Shown here piece after piece: positions 61,900-64,000 of a stretch of 64,000 bases of DNA. Source of the stretch: Prorocentrum cordatum (Eukaryota); the NCBI GenBank assembly GCA_963575745.1, contig CAUYUJ010000038.1, positions 1-64,000 of the forward strand, read 5' to 3'. The notes under the pieces are model-generated. The model did no database searches, was not told the DNA's origin, and saw nothing but the letters and a program-made list of their open reading frames with translations. The position numbers and the translations under genes were made by a program. The stretch's first letter is position 1; each line of letters opens with the position of its first letter.

Positions 61900-64000
61900 A
61901 TATGTTCAACTTCGTCTCGGGGGCGGGGCCCGCTGAGCATTGGGCGTTGCGTTGGAGACGAAGGCCGCGGGGCACATGAGTGCCGTCTAAGAGAGGGAGT
62001 TTCTCGCGTAGAGTGGCATTTTCGAAATCATATCGAATCATATGGGGCGTTGTCTCGAAGACGAAGGCCGTGCAGTACATGGGCGCTGCGTCGGAAACGG
62101 AGGCTGTTGAGTAGAATGGCATGTTCAAGCTCGCATTGGGGAGGGGGCCCGTTGAGACGTGGGGGCTGCGCTGGAAACGAAGGCTGTGGAGTGCATGGGT
62201 GCCGCGTTGAAAACGGAGGCTGTTGAATATAATGATATTATCAAGTTCACCTGGGGGAGGAAGTGACTGGGGCGTTGTTTGGGGGGGCGAACGCTATGGA
62301 GTACCTGTGTGCTGCGTTGGATGCGGAGGCTGTCGGATAGAACGATAGTTTCAAGCTCATCTTGGGGAGGGGGCCAGTGGAATAAATGGCGCTGCGTTGG
62401 GGGCGAATGCCGTGGAGTGCATGGGCGCTGTGTTGGAGACGAGGCTGCTGAGTATAATAATGTATTCAAACTCATCGCGGGGAGTGGCCCTGCTGACTAT
62501 CGGGCGTTGTGTTGGAGACGAAGGCAGTCGAGTACATGGGTGCTGCGTTGGAGACGGAGGCTGTTCAATATAACCGTGTTGTGAAACTCGGATTGGGGAA
62601 GGAGCCCGTTGATTATTGGGCATCGCTTTGGGGGCGAATGCTTTTGAATGCAAGGGGGTGCTGCGTTGGAAACGGAGGCTGTTGAGCGCAATGGCATTGT
62701 CAAGTTCAGCTTGGGGAGGGAACCTGTTGAGTATTGGGTGGCGCGTTGGAGACGAAGGCTGTGAAGTACCTGGGCGCTGCGTTGGAGACATGGGCTGTTG
62801 AGCAGAAGTCTGGCGTCGAGCTCATATTGGGCAGGGGGCGCGTTCAGTATTGGGCGTTGTGTTGGAGACGAAAGCCGCGGAGTGCCTGGGGGGTTGGATG
62901 GATGCGGAGACTGGTGAGTATAATGGTAGGTTGAAGCTCATCTTGGGGAGGGTGCCTGTTCAATATTGGCCGTTGTATTGGAGAAGAAGGCTGTGGAGTG
63001 CCCGGGTGCTGCGTTGGAGACGGAGGCTGCTGAGTAGAAGGACATGTTCAAGTTCATCTTGGGGAGGGAGCCCGTTGGGCATTGGGCGTTGCGTTGGAGA
63101 CGAAAGCCGCGGAGTACATGGGGGCTCTGTTGGAGAGGGGGCCGTTGACTATAATGACATTTTCACGTTCATCTTGAGGAGGGATCACGTTGAGCATTGG
63201 GCGTTGTGTCGGAGACGATGGCCGTGGAGTGCATGGGTGCCGCGTTGGAAACGGAGGCGGTTGAGCAGAAGTATATGTTGAAACTCAAATTGGGGATGGG
63301 GGGCTGTTGAGTATTGGGCGTTGTGTTGGAGACGGGAGCTGTGGAGTGGAAGAGTATTTTCGAGTTCATATTGGGAAAGGAGCCCGTTGAGTATTGGGTT
63401 GTGTTCGAGACGAAGGCTGGAAAGTACTTGCGTGCTGCGTTGGAGACGGGGGCCGTCGAGTAGAATTACATGTTCAAGTTCATCTTGGGGAGGGGGCCTG
63501 TCGAGTATTGGGCGATTTCTTGGAGACGAAGGCCGTGGAGTACATGGGCGCTGCGTTGGAGACGGAAGCTGTCGAGTGTAATGATTTGTTCAAGCTCATG
63601 TTGGGGGGGGGGGGGCTGTTGCGTCATAGGTATTCTGTTGGCGACGGAGGCTGTGGAGTGCATGGGTTCTGCGTTGGAGACGGTGGCTGTCGATTAAAAG
63701 GAGATGTTTAAGTTAATGTTGGGGAGGGGTCCCGCTGTTCATTGCACGTTGCGTTGGAGACGAAGGCTGTAGAGCACATGGGCGCTGTGTTAGAGGCGGA
63801 GACGGTTGAGTCTAACAATATTATCAAGTTCATCATGGGGAGGGGGCCTGCTGACGATTGGGCGCTGCGTTGGGGCCGAAGGCTGCTAGGTACCTGGGTG
63901 CTGTGTTAAGTAAATGGAAGCTGTTGAGTAGAATTGCATTTTCAAGTTCAGATTGGGGAAGGAGCCTGTTGAGCATCGGGTGTTGTGTTGGAGACGAAGG
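61900..64000. repeat. ~118-bp degenerate tandem satellite running to the window end
   Basis: Unit approximately TTCAAGCTCATCTTGGGGAGGGGGCCCGTTGAGTATTGGGCGTTGTGTTGGAGACGAAGGC...GCTGCGTTGGAGACGGAGGCTGTTGAG; about 17 copies. Confidence 0.93.

Overview
Eukaryotic, repeat-rich DNA, most likely from a core dinoflagellate: it has relict spliced-leader (DinoSL) 22-mers, GC and GA splice donors, and essentially all coding features on the + strand. From left to right: (1) two genes headed by SL relicts at 1-4.5 kb, the second a CACTA/CMC-type transposase; (2) several hairpin MITEs; (3) an 18,044-bp Ty1/copia LTR retrotransposon (12978-31021) with 197-bp LTRs, a CCCAG target-site duplication and a half-tRNA (Ty5/copia-type) primer-binding site. 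Its Gag has CCCH zinc fingers. After pol it carries an extra ~8-kb, now interrupted ORF with a recognisable Tpt1/KptA RNA 2'-phosphotransferase (ADP-ribosyltransferase-fold) domain and possibly an SGNH-hydrolase domain; (4) a decayed SL-headed LINE; (5) four exons of a host Sec7 (ARF-GEF) gene, with a MYND-like zinc finger inside the Sec7 domain and a 1118-bp foldback insertion splitting the IDRI motif, a possible non-canonical intron; (6) a 5'-truncated LINE with RNase H; (7) about 12 kb of nested satellites. The best candidate for a novel system is the half-tRNA-primed copia element encoding its own Tpt1-like RNA end-processing enzyme. All domain calls are from motifs read by eye; no database searches were run.
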